Below, piece by piece: positions 7,245 to 18,600 of a DNA stretch of 46,734 nucleotides (within the stretch, counting starts at the first letter, position 1; every line of letters begins with the position of its first letter). A program made the translations under genes and the position numbers. Source of the DNA: a virus (Duplodnaviria > Caudoviricetes); IMG/VR virus record IMGVR_UViG_3300011335_000727, positions 1-46,734 of that record; one strand, 5' to 3'. The notes below the pieces were generated by a model. It ran no database searches. It saw only the letters and a list, made by a program, of their open reading frames with translations, and was not told the origin of the DNA.

Positions 7245-10094
7245 ATGGCAGAAGCAACACAAACAGTCGTAAATCAGATTGGGTATAACCCAGCAGTTGC
7301 TCCGTACTTGCAGGAGAACATGGGTCAAGCACGGGCGCTGACTTACAACTACAAGATGGGGCCAGACGGAAAGCCCATCATCGGCGCAAACGGGATGCCC
7401 GAGATTGAGAGCTTTAAAGAGCCTGAAAAGTACGGTGGGCAAGTCCCCGTAATGCAGACTCCTACGCATACAGAAGTTATGGAGATGGTTGTCGGCACAC
7501 GACCAAATCCTAATAACTACAAAATAGCAGATGCAATTGCACTGCAAAAAAACCCAAACGATCCAAAGTATGCAACTCCAAAATTAGATGCCGAAGGAAA
7601 GCCGGTAACCGAGTTTAAAGGGTACGAAAGGCAAGCTGAGTTTTCAGACCTGCAGAAGCAGGCCATGCAGGGCGCTAGGGACATGGTCGGCGGTAAAGCC
7701 GAAGTTGCCAACCAAAGTGCTCAAGATATTATGAAAACTGCGGCAGATACTGCTGCGAAGTCTTCATACACAAAAAGCACCGCAGGGAATCAATACACCG
7801 CCCCCAAAGAGCTTGGTTACACCGCCGAAGATGCAAAGTCTCAACAGGCAGGGATTGCTACTCTACCTACGGGGGAGACGGCCACAGCGGCCACAATGGG
7901 TAAAGCCCCAACCGGCATAGCTGCAATTGGGCAGGCGCAGCAAGATCAGATGGCTCCAGAGATGGCTGCTCAAACCGGGACAGCAGCAACTGGGATCGCC
8001 GCGCTTAACAAAGCCACACCGCAGATGACCGCGCAAGCAGCTAATGCCGCCACACTGGGTGCCGCCCCGGAAGCCGCGCAGCAACAGTTTGCAGGGCCAA
8101 AAGATGTAAGCGCGGAGCGGGTGGGGGCAGAACGCGTAAGCGCACCTAACTTAAAAGACTTGCGGATGGATGCGGCAAAAGACATTGCCGGTTCAACAGT
8201 TGAATCCAGAGACATAAAAGCCGCTAAAGACACGGGTTTGGCAAGTCTTAAAAACTACCAGATGGGGCCAGCGGAACGGGTGGAAACAAAGAGTTTTGCC
8301 CAACCCGGCTCGGCGGATGCGTACATGTCGCCCTACATGCAAAGTGTGGTGGGCATCCAGCAACGCGAAGCGCAACGAGCCGCAGACGTTGCGACCACTG
8401 GGCGTAAAGGCGAGCAGACCCGAGCAGGCGCTTTTGGTGGCTCCAGAGCAGCCATTATGGACGCTGAAGCTGCTCGTAACCTTGCTACTCAACAGGGTGA
8501 CATCCAAGCGCAGGGTTTGCAGGAAGCGTATAAACAAGCACAGCAGCAGTTCAATACGGAACAAGGCCAAGGCCTACAGGCCCAGACCGCCAATCAACAA
8601 GCTGGGTTGACGGTTGGAAAAGAAAACCTTGCTGCTAATTTAGGCGTTCAGCAACTGGGCGAAGGACAGATCAACCTTCAAACCAAACTTGCCAATCTAA
8701 ACAATGAGCAGCAAGCGGCGGTTCAAAACGAATCCAACAGGCTGCAAGCGCAGGGGTTAACCGCAGGCCAAGCCATGCAGGCCGCGCTTGCCAATCAGGG
8801 CGTGCAGCAGCAGGCCAACGTGCAAAACCTGAGTGCAGGTCTCCAAACGCAAGGTCTCGGTGCGCAGACCGGGCTACAAGCGCAGCAGTCCAATCAGCAG
8901 TACAACATGCAAGGCCAGCTTGCCAATCAGCAGACGGGTCTTGCCGCGCAGCAGGCCAATCAAGGCATGGAGTACAACACCAACGCACAGAACGCACAGT
9001 TGCGACAGCAGACCGAGTTAGCCAACCAAGGACAACGCGGACAGTACGGGCTTCAGCAGGGGCAGTTTAACCAAGCTGCCAACATGCAGACCTCTGCACA
9101 AGCCCAAGAAGCGCAACGGCAGAATCAGGCAATGGCGGGGCAGTACGGGTTGTCCGACACGGGTAATCAGCAGCAGACCAACATGGCAAACGCTGGCTAC
9201 CAGCAACAAACCGGAATGGCAAATCTTGCAAATCGGCAAGAAGCAGAAAGGCAAAATCAAGCCGTTGGCAGTCAGTACGGGCTTGCCAATCTTGCCAACA
9301 GACAGCAAACGGAGATGACCAACGCGGGGTATCGCCAGCAGACGGGCATGGCCGATCAAGCGCTGGCCGGCCAGTATGGGATGCAGCAGGGCACTATGGA
9401 TCAGCAGGCCGCTATGCAAACAGCGGCGAATAGGCAAGCAGCCGGGATGTACGGTGCACAAGCCCAAAACGAACGGGCGCAGTACAACACCACCAACGAT
9501 CAGCAAATTGCACTTGCCAACCAAGCCGCAAGTAATAGAGCCAGTGAGTTTGGCGCTGGGCAGGGGCTGACTTCGGCAGGAACGGCTGCACAGTACGGGC
9601 AAGCGGCCAACCAACTGAACGAGCAGTCCGGGCAGTTTGGCGCTAACTTGGGGCTACAGGGGCAGCAAGCCGCCATGCAGGGTGCTACGGGGCTGTCCAA
9701 TATTGCAGGGCAGGGGTACAACCAAGGCGTACAAACAAACCAACTGCTGGCCGGGTATGGTCAACAGCAACAAGGCGCAGAACAACAGCGGTTGAACACG
9801 CGGTACCAAGACTTTTTGAACGAGCAAAACGACCCGTACAAGAAACTCGGGTTTATGGCAAACACCGCCAGTGCAGCGCCCACAGCCAATCTGGGCAGCA
9901 CCATGTACCAAGCGGCCCCCAGCACCTTCAGCCAAGTAGCCGGGTTGGGCACGGCAGCGGCGGGCGCGTTCGGCGCTGCGGGCGGGTTTGGCTCTAAAGC
10001 AACCGGCGGTATGGTTGGGCGCTATGCCAAGGGGGGTCTGGTACGATCACGCCCACAAGGTCTTGTTGCGTTGGCTATCCACAGCATGGCATAA
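7245..10094 (+). CDS. Internal virion (ejection) protein, Q/N/A-rich with 11-residue repeats
   Basis: 949 aa; YMSPYM...AGAFGGSR motif and C-terminal YQDFLNEQNDPY; hendecad periodicity; AAGGA RBS. Confidence 0.65.
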   Translation: MAEATQTVVNQIGYNPAVAPYLQENMGQARALTYNYKMGPDGKPIIGANGMPEIESFKEPEKYGGQVPVMQTPTHTEVMEMVVGTRPNPNNYKIADAIALQKNPNDPKYATPKLDAEGKPVTEFKGYERQAEFSDLQKQAMQGARDMVGGKAEVANQSAQDIMKTAADTAAKSSYTKSTAGNQYTAPKELGYTAEDAKSQQAGIATLPTGETATAATMGKAPTGIAAIGQAQQDQMAPEMAAQTGTAATGIAALNKATPQMTAQAANAATLGAAPEAAQQQFAGPKDVSAERVGAERVSAPNLKDLRMDAAKDIAGSTVESRDIKAAKDTGLASLKNYQMGPAERVETKSFAQPGSADAYMSPYMQSVVGIQQREAQRAADVATTGRKGEQTRAGAFGGSRAAIMDAEAARNLATQQGDIQAQGLQEAYKQAQQQFNTEQGQGLQAQTANQQAGLTVGKENLAANLGVQQLGEGQINLQTKLANLNNEQQAAVQNESNRLQAQGLTAGQAMQAALANQGVQQQANVQNLSAGLQTQGLGAQTGLQAQQSNQQYNMQGQLANQQTGLAAQQANQGMEYNTNAQNAQLRQQTELANQGQRGQYGLQQGQFNQAANMQTSAQAQEAQRQNQAMAGQYGLSDTGNQQQTNMANAGYQQQTGMANLANRQEAERQNQAVGSQYGLANLANRQQTEMTNAGYRQQTGMADQALAGQYGMQQGTMDQQAAMQTAANRQAAGMYGAQAQNERAQYNTTNDQQIALANQAASNRASEFGAGQGLTSAGTAAQYGQAANQLNEQSGQFGANLGLQGQQAAMQGATGLSNIAGQGYNQGVQTNQLLAGYGQQQQGAEQQRLNTRYQDFLNEQNDPYKKLGFMANTASAAPTANLGSTMYQAAPSTFSQVAGLGTAAAGAFGAAGGFGSKATGGMVGRYAKGGLVRSRPQGLVALAIHSMA

Positions 10095-10103
10095 GGAATC
10101 AAA

Positions 10104-12605
10104 ATGTTTGATGATCGAATTGGCAATCTGCAAAAGATGCTGGCTAGGATGGATGCAGCAGGCAGGCAGAAATACGCTACTGACCATGCAGATGATCCTA
10201 TTGCGGTATCAATGGCATTGTTTGTAAACAACATCGCCAAAGAGCTTAAAGAAGGTAAGCAGGGGGAGCCTAATATGCCGCCCCCGGTGGCGCAGCAGGC
10301 AATTCAGTCAATGACGCAGCCGCAGATGCCGCAAGGAGGCCCACCGCCCCAAGGCCCACCTCAAGGCATGCCACCACAGGGGGGACCGCCGCAAGGCCCA
10401 CCACAAGGCATGCCGCCACCACAAGGCATGCCGCCTCAAGGCCCCCCACAAGGCATGCCACCGCCTCAAGGCCAACCGCAAATGGCGGCAAACGGCGGCT
10501 ACATGGACTCCCGACTGCCCGAAGAGATGGGCATAGGCGCTCTTCCAGAACGCAGCCTGTCTAACATGGCCGACGGCGGGATCGTTGGGTATGCTGGTGG
10601 TGGAAGCTCGGGGCCGGGGACAACGGCAGACTATCGTAACTATGCGCTTACGCAAGCAGCAGCAATGGGGCTCGACCCGCAGTTTGTGGACAGCATTTTT
10701 TCGTATGAGTCTAGAACCAAAAACTACCCAACTGGGTACGACCCTAGTGCCGCTTCAGGAAGTGGTTCCGTGGGTATTGGTCAATTGATATCGGCAACGG
10801 GCAAAGCCTATGGAGTAGCGCCAGAAGAACGTACAAACCCTATAAAAAATATAGATGCGTCTTTACGTTTTATGAAAGATTTACAAAAAAAATACAATAA
10901 TGATCCGCGTTTAATGGCCGTGGCTTACAACCAAGGAGAACCGGTACTAAACAGCCACCTAAAGAAAAATAACGGTATGTTGGTTCCTGATAATTTAAGA
11001 AACGAAATAGCTGAAAGTTTGACTAAAAAAGGCAGGCTTACACCAGAACAAGTAGCACAACGGGCTACCGAGCCTGTAGAGTACCTCAAACGAACTGTGG
11101 ATAAACCCAAAGACACAACCAATCCTTTTGGCAGTGCCGTCGCGGCCCCTGCTGCGGCCCCCGCAGCGCCAGAAGACACCGGCAGTTTTACAAACTACTC
11201 CCCAAACGAGTTGGCAGCCCTACGCGGGGGAGCAAAAACAGCGGGGCAAGTAGTGCGGTCTCTGGTGCAAAACCCGTTGGCAAAAATTATAGGCGGGTAT
11301 GCAGGGATTGCAGGCTCGGTGCTGCCGGGGGCAGAAGGACAAGGCGCGGACTATGCAAAAAGGGCAGAAGACTACTTGGGCTATAACCCCGAGTACACTG
11401 AAGATAGCAAAAAAGTTTTAGGTGCGTTAAATGCGCCCAGCGCCGCATTGAGCAAATATTTAGCTAAACCCGCAGGGGAGTTCTTGGCTGAGAACGTGAA
11501 CCCGGCCACCGGAGCTATTGTGGAAGGCGCTATCACGGCTGCTCCCGCTGCATTGGGTTTGCGTTTTGGACGGGGGCCAAAAACAACAGCACCCGCCGCA
11601 GCACCCGCCGCAGCACCCGCCGCAGCACCCGCCGCAGCACCCGTTCGAACAGTGCCAACCCCCGCGCAAGTGGCGGCTGCAAACACGGCTAAGCCCGCAA
11701 TTGTGGGCCCCCAGCTACCACCGTTTGTTGGCCCGCCGAGACCGTTTGTTGGCCCCCCACTACCAACACCGGCACAACAAGCCGCCGCTTTGGTTGGCCC
11801 CCCTCGCCCAACTGCTGCACAAAGGGCAGTTCCAGCCGCGCCTAGTACGGGTTTAGCTACTTTGCCAGCAGCCGCAACAGCAGCCGTTGCACCCGTGTCT
11901 AGAATGGCCGCAGCACGCGCCGCAATGGGAGAAGCGGGTAGAGGAAGTGCCGCTCTTTTACCTGCAATTGCGGCGGCGGGCGCGGGCACTGGTTCTGGCG
12001 GAACTTCGGACGACGGGCGGGAGCCCTACAGCACCGGAGAGTATCAAGGCAAGTCTGGTATTGCCGATACAGATATTGGGCCGTTGACGCCAGCAATCAA
12101 AAAAGAAGCCGTAGCCGTTGCTAAAGCTGAAATACCCAAAGAAGACCGTAAAGGGTTTGGCTACGAAGACCTGATGATGTTTGGCCTGCAACTGATGGGA
12201 AACAAATCTCCAAACTTTGGAACAGCCTTTGGTGAAGCGGGTATTGCGGCACTAACTGCCAAACAAGCTCGGGAAAAAGCCGCAGGCGATCAGCAAAAAG
12301 AAGCGGCAATGGCTAGGTACTACGAAAAATACGGCAACTACCTCGACTCGGAGGGGGCCCGTAAAGCCGCAGAAGACAAGCCGCAAATGCAATACCAAAA
12401 GGCTATTGACAATGCAATTGCCAAGTTGAAGGAAGCCCCCGAATACAAGTTTGCAAAAACACCGGCTGAAAAAACGCAAATGGAGAATAACGCTCGGGCA
12501 ACAGTAAAGGCTAGTTTCTTGTCCGTCTATCCAGAGCTTGCGGATACACTCGGAGGTACGCCTTCTGTCCGCGGAGAGGTGATTGATTTCAACTCCATTA
12601 AATAG
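10104..12605 (+). CDS. Internal virion protein with soluble lytic transglycosylase (SLT) domain
   Basis: SLT motifs YES, GIGQL and AYNQG; P/Q-rich and Ala-rich linkers; AAGGA RBS. Confidence 0.75.
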   Translation: MFDDRIGNLQKMLARMDAAGRQKYATDHADDPIAVSMALFVNNIAKELKEGKQGEPNMPPPVAQQAIQSMTQPQMPQGGPPPQGPPQGMPPQGGPPQGPPQGMPPPQGMPPQGPPQGMPPPQGQPQMAANGGYMDSRLPEEMGIGALPERSLSNMADGGIVGYAGGGSSGPGTTADYRNYALTQAAAMGLDPQFVDSIFSYESRTKNYPTGYDPSAASGSGSVGIGQLISATGKAYGVAPEERTNPIKNIDASLRFMKDLQKKYNNDPRLMAVAYNQGEPVLNSHLKKNNGMLVPDNLRNEIAESLTKKGRLTPEQVAQRATEPVEYLKRTVDKPKDTTNPFGSAVAAPAAAPAAPEDTGSFTNYSPNELAALRGGAKTAGQVVRSLVQNPLAKIIGGYAGIAGSVLPGAEGQGADYAKRAEDYLGYNPEYTEDSKKVLGALNAPSAALSKYLAKPAGEFLAENVNPATGAIVEGAITAAPAALGLRFGRGPKTTAPAAAPAAAPAAAPAAAPVRTVPTPAQVAAANTAKPAIVGPQLPPFVGPPRPFVGPPLPTPAQQAAALVGPPRPTAAQRAVPAAPSTGLATLPAAATAAVAPVSRMAAARAAMGEAGRGSAALLPAIAAAGAGTGSGGTSDDGREPYSTGEYQGKSGIADTDIGPLTPAIKKEAVAVAKAEIPKEDRKGFGYEDLMMFGLQLMGNKSPNFGTAFGEAGIAALTAKQAREKAAGDQQKEAAMARYYEKYGNYLDSEGARKAAEDKPQMQYQKAIDNAIAKLKEAPEYKFAKTPAEKTQMENNARATVKASFLSVYPELADTLGGTPSVRGEVIDFNSIK
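11587..11643 (+). repeat. 12-bp tandem repeat (GCAGCACCCGCC), about 4.5 copies, encoding AAPA linker
   Basis: Directly visible. Confidence 0.85.
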
Positions 12606-12611
12606 TCGCAT

Positions 12612-15600
12612 ATGCCCTACTCAATCCAACTTCCTGACGGTACCCTTGTCGAGAACATACCGGATGAAGTGGATCCGAGTGCGGCAAAAGCGCGAATCAT
12701 TGCGCAGCACCCCGAGCTAGGCCCCAAACCGAAAACCGGGATTGGCGCGGCTCTAGGCAAAGGCGTCGAGTCCATCATCTCCAGCGGGCGCACAGCCTTC
12801 GGTGCCGCTACCGGGGATGCCGACGAGGCAGCACGCGCAGGACTTGAGCGCGGTGAAGCGATGGGCAAGAAGTACGCTGACCAAGTCAGCTTGCAAAAAG
12901 TCAAAGACGCGTACAACAAAGACGGCGTGCTGTCTGCGGCAGGCGAGGCGATCAGTCAGATCCCCGCAGCAATTGCAGAACAGGCACCCAACCTTGCGGC
13001 TATGGCCGGCAGTGCGCGACTCGGGGCAATGGCAGGTAGCGTGCTGGGCCCCGTTGGGGCAACCGTTGGCGGCATTGGAGGTGCGCTGATACCGGCTCTG
13101 GCGCAGCAGTTTAGTGGCAACATTGAACGGCAGGCACAAGAGGGCGTCCCGGTTAGTTCAGGCAGCGCACTGGCTGCTGCGGTGCCGCAGGCAGGCTTGG
13201 ACGTAGCCGCGAGCCTGATTCCGTTCGGTGGCCGGCTAGTTCAGAAACTGACCGGCATCCCTATGGGAGCGCTGCTTGGGCGTAGTGCCGAGAGCGCAGC
13301 CAAGTTGGCCGACGAGCGGTTGCTGACGGTGCTTGCCAAAGGCACGGGTGTCGGCGCTCTGGCCGAGATACCCACCGAGATTACCCAGCAGATGCTGGAG
13401 CGGGCACAGGCCGGCCTGTCGCTCTCGAGTCCAGACGCACTCAAGGAGTACGGCGAGACCGCGTATCAGGTTGGCCTGTTGGCACCACTTGGTGCGGTTG
13501 GTCGGCTGTCAGAACGCAGCGGTGCCCGGATGGATGTTGCGGCGAAGCAACAGGAAGAAGCTGCCCAAGCCGCAACGGTTCAGCAACAGCAAGAAGCTGC
13601 TGCAGCGCAGAAAAAGGCAACAGACGATGCGGACCCCAACTACGCCATAAAACTGCGGGCGGACTATGTTGCTGCCAACGTCGAGATGCAACGGCTCAAT
13701 CAAGCCGTCAAGGCGCTGAGCGCTGAGAAAGACCCGCTGTCCGTAGCTGACGCCAAAGATGCGCGTAAAGCCCGGGACGCGTACGCCAAAGAGACTATGC
13801 AGCCGCTGGTGGACGAGATTCGCCGTGTACGCCAACTGCACCCCGGGGTTGACTTCCGCCCAACTCCTGCGGCTGCTGTGCCCGCGGCGGCACCTGCTGT
13901 TGCTCCCATTGAACCTGTGGCTCCTGCACCCGTTGCGCCTGCCGTTGCGCCTGCCGTTGCACCCTTGACCAAGGCACAGGCGGCTGAAGGTACGGTGTCA
14001 GAGCCGGCACCCTTTACGGCACCCGCGGCAGCAGCGCCTGCGCGTATGGAAGAGATCCAGTCGCATGTAGAAGCCATCATGGGCTCGCCTGAAGTCGCTG
14101 CTGAGATGGTGGCGAACAATGAACAGGTGCCGGGGCTGACCCCTGAAGAGAACGCACTCTTCTTGGAGATGCTACAGCAGCGACTGGCACAGGAGGAACT
14201 GACCGGAGAAGTTGCCGTGCCTGCGGGTGCCGATGTTGCCCCCGCCAAGAAAGCAAAGGGTAAGAAGGCCGCAGCCCCGGTAGCCCCGGTAGCCCCGGTA
14301 GCCCCGGCGGTCGAAGACACGACGGTTGAGCCCACAGAGCCCCGCACGCTTGATCAGTCGTTTGCTGCGATGGACCGCACGCCTGAAGAACCTGTACCCC
14401 AAATCCCGGCAGGCAGCCAATACATGATCCCCGGAGCCGCGCCCCTTAAAAAAACCGGTGCAGTGCAGACGCAAGCGCTAACGCAAGAAATTCAAACGGA
14501 ATTGAAGCAGCTTAGCAAAGCGTACATCACGGCTCGTCAAGAAGGGCGTAGGGCCGATGCGCTGGCAGTTATTGATCGTATGCGCTACCTGAAAGAACAG
14601 GGCAAAGCCGCCGAAGTTGGCCCCGCTTTGGAAGGCGCAGCAAACACCAGCCAAAGTGAAACAATAGAAACAAAACCCGCAGATCGGACATCTCCCAAAG
14701 CGTTGCAGCAAGACATTGCGCGGGCGCAAGCGCTGCCAAATTTGTCGGATACCCACGCCGAACTGCTGGACAAACTGCAGCAAAACTTACCCGAGTTGCT
14801 TCGGTACAAAGCGCCTACAACGGGGCAAACCCCCGGCTTGGAGACCACCAAGGCCGTGCCAGAAGCTGCACGTGGCGCGGGCGATACGAGGGTACGGATC
14901 GTTGACTTTCTGGACAGCCTGAGACAGGGCCTGCCTGCTGAGACAGAAGCGCGTAACCTGCAGCAGCAGCTTGCACAGATTGAACGCCAATCACAGCAAG
15001 AAGTCTCCCCGCGTGAACTGCAAGGCATGCTGGTAAAACTTGCAAAGCCTGAGTTGAGCAACAAGGAAAGAGGGCTGCTGCGTCTGGTGGGGGAGAATCA
15101 ATCGACGATTATGGAAGATCCAGTAGCGCGGATGACCGTGGCGCGGTGGCTGGCGTCGGATGTGGGGCAGGGTATTGGAGAAGCCACACAGGGGCTGCGG
15201 AAATATTTTGGCATTGCACCGGAGCAAGAGGAGGCGGTCCGCCCCACTGCCAAAGCGGTGGACGAGCGCAGTGCGCAGATTGAGAAAGAATATGCCGCGG
15301 CAAGACAGGCCATAGATAAAGTTGCTGCCGATGCCGGCATCCCGCTACAGCCGTTGGCAAACACCATTCAGCGCCTGCAAGAACAGGCAGCACGAGCTAA
15401 AGCCGCCGTGGAAAAAGCGGAGCCCGAGGCCCGTGATGGCGCTAAACCTGCACTTACAAAACTTGCCAACCTTCAAGGTGCGTACAACACGCTTTTGCAA
15501 CGCGTATCCGAAGCCTCAGCAAAGTACGACACGAAGATCAAAGAAACGCTGTCAACATCTGCAGAATCAAAAGCGGCTACGGCGCGGCTTGAGAAAGCCA

Positions 15601-18600
15601 AGGTCGCCAAGAGTCTACTGGACACGATCAACGATTCCGATAGCGGTGGTGCTCGACACGATGCTCGCAATGCGCTTAACAAACTAATGCCGTTGAATGT
15701 GCAGGCTGAGCCCAAAGCGGAAGCTCCCGCGAAAGCCCCTGCAGACACAAGCGTGTCTGAGATGCAAGAGGACATGTTCCCGGCGGAACGCAAGCAAGCG
15801 GTTCAGCGCGAAGAAACGCAGGGTATGTACGAGGACTTGTTTGGTGAGCAGAAGCCCACTGTGGCCGAAACCCGCGCTGAGAAACAAGAGGAGTCTCGCA
15901 AGGAACGCAAGTTGACCGGCGACCTGAGCGCCTTGCTTGGGAAACAGATCTCGTTCGAGAAACGCCGCGCTATGCTGGCGGCTATTGACGAGGCTCCGCT
16001 TAAACGGCAAGCGTTTGAGGATGCGATCAATGATGCAAAGCTGTCGCAAGCGGAGCGCGATGCCGCACAAGTAGCGTTGACCGCGTACGTTGCAAAACTT
16101 CGTAAGAGGGCGGAGGACAAGGATGCAAGCTACGCAACAGCATACAAGCTTCGCGGTGAAGAGTCTGGAAAAGTCCAAGACCTTAAAGGGCAGTTGGAAG
16201 CCCCCGGGCTCACGGATGCTAAGCGCACCGGCCTGCAGGCCCAGTACCGCAAAGCGCAAGACCAACTCAACAAACGCGACGCACAACTTGCACGCCTTCG
16301 CGGTGTTGCCATAGACCCTGTCGAGACTTCTGAACAGCGGTTAGAAACTCTGGAGCAGTTGGCTCGGGAAACCTACAAAAAAGCAGTTACCGAAGAAGAG
16401 CAGGCCCAGCTTGACAAGACAAAGGGGCGTGCGGGTGTGGCAACGGTTAAAGCAACGCAACCCACATCCGTGTTGCGGACAGGTCGAGCCGATCAAGTTG
16501 GGCTTCTGGATAAAGACAAGGACACGTACACACGGCCAGATTTGAGGGTGACAGAGAAGCGTGCGCCCAAGCAGCGCAATGTGGAGATCAGCAAAGAAGA
16601 GATGGAGTTGGCGAACCAGCTAGAACAAGGGTCGAAGCCCGTATATTCCAAGATGACTCTGGCGCTGGGGTCTTACAAAGACCAAGTTAATGCGGCTATA
16701 AGCAAAGTAAGCGACCTCAACGCCAAGCTGAGCGCCGTCAAGGAGAGACAGGAGGCGCTTGAAAAACAACGGCCATCCAAAGAAAAAGTTGCGGCGGGCG
16801 TTACATCCCCGTGGACCGAAGAAAAAGCGGAAGCGCTTGTTTATCAGCAGAAGTCTATTCAGACAGAATTGAATAGCGCTAAAAAAGAATGGGCACGGAT
16901 TACCAGTCGGGAGGCAGCGTCCGTGGGGGTTGAGTCGGAGGCTGAAAAAGCACAACAAGCAGAACTTGATAAATACACAAAGTACATCAAGGAACTACGC
17001 AAGCGTGTGCCGGTAGCTCAAAGAGATCAGGCGTATGTGGTGTATCGTGGAGTTCGCACGCCTGTGTCCGAAGTCCTGACCAAAGTGTCAGCAACCTTGA
17101 AAAGTCTGAAAGAAGACTTGGCGGTGGGATCTTTGCCGGGGGAGACGGGCAAGACCAAACTAAGCGACGAAGCAAAGTCCGATGCCGTGCTGCTCCGAGA
17201 GAACAGCCCTGACTATGAACTGCGCGACACCGTCGACTTGACTGGCGCTGCACTGGAGGCTGTGAAGGACGGGCGGGTGCTTGATGCGCTGGATGCGATT
17301 GGGGCCAACTCAAACTCGCCGTTCGTCAAGGAGCTAGTCAAGAACCTACGCCCGTTGGTGATGCGGACCAAGCTTCGCGTCACAGACAATTTGATGTACC
17401 GGGGTAAACGCGTTGAGGGTGAGTACGACTTTGACACCAACACCGTCACTATGGACTCCGATGCGCTGACCGAAGAAGCGGTGCTGCACGAGATGACCCA
17501 CGCGGTGACTACCCGGCTGCTGACGGTGGATCCGTCGCAGCTTACTAAAGAGCAACGTGCCGCCCGGGTAGAGCTTGAAAAGCTGTTCAAGGCGATTCAA
17601 AAAGACAAAGCGTTTGCAAACGAATACGGCAAGAAAAGCATCCATGAGTTTGCATCCGAAGTGATGTCAAACAAAGCGTTGCGGGACAAGTTGGCCGCTC
17701 GCAAGTGGCACGGTGCCAACCTGCTCAACAAGATCTACCGGGCGTTCATGAACTTCATCGGGTTCAAATCCGAGAACATGGCTGACGCATCGGTGGGCAG
17801 CATCTACAAACTGTTCACGCCATCGACCACGGCTGCGAAGGCCGGCATCACGATGTCCCCTGCAGGGATTGCCTTCCCATCTGCCGTGCGTTATGCCAAC
17901 CCGGGGCTTGCTGCAGCAGGAGCCACGGGCGACACCTTCATAGCCAAACAACGCGGTGCCATCGACAGGGTACGCGCAGCGGCGGGGGGTTTCCTTGGGC
18001 TTGAGACGCAGTTGGTTGATCGGTTTGCACCGCTGGAGCGGGCATCCAAGGGGATGGAAGCGCTCAAGGGCTCGCAGATGATGTACTACCTGCGTATGTA
18101 CGACCAGCGCATGAACTACACCGCGCAGTCGGTTGCCAATGGTGCTATCCAACGCGTTGCCAAGAAGCGGCCCGACGGGCGTACCGAGTACGTTGTCGAG
18201 AGCGTCGACGGGGCTAACATCAAGCAGGTTGTGGACATCCTGAAGAAGGCCCCTGCCGGCAGCCCAGACGCGGCCAACCGCTTGTTCACGATGTATCTGG
18301 CCGGCCTGCGTGCCAAGAACAAGGGCTTCGACACGCTGCACTTTGGTGATAAGTTGACCGAGGCTCAACTCGACAGCGCTATGGCAAGCATCCGCGCTAC
18401 GCCCGGGCTGGAGGAGAACTTCAAACAGGCCCGTGAGGTGTACAACGAGTACAACCGCAACATGGTCGGCTTCCTTGCGCAGTCGGGGGCCATATCGAAA
18501 GACCACGCAACGCGGCTGACCAAGGAGAATGACTACATTCCCTTCTACCGGGAAAAGGATGGCGTAGCGTCACTCACCATCGGCGGCGAAGCGCCCATTC

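Noticed and set aside
6657-7547. Long antisense ORFs (also 17667-18506, 19341-20111, 22580-23539, 36087-36935)
   Set aside because: Shadow ORFs opposite well-supported GC-rich genes, without recognisable motifs.
7500-7570. Dockerin-like IADAIALQK segment
   Set aside because: Too short and lacks the preceding calcium-binding loop; probably coincidental.
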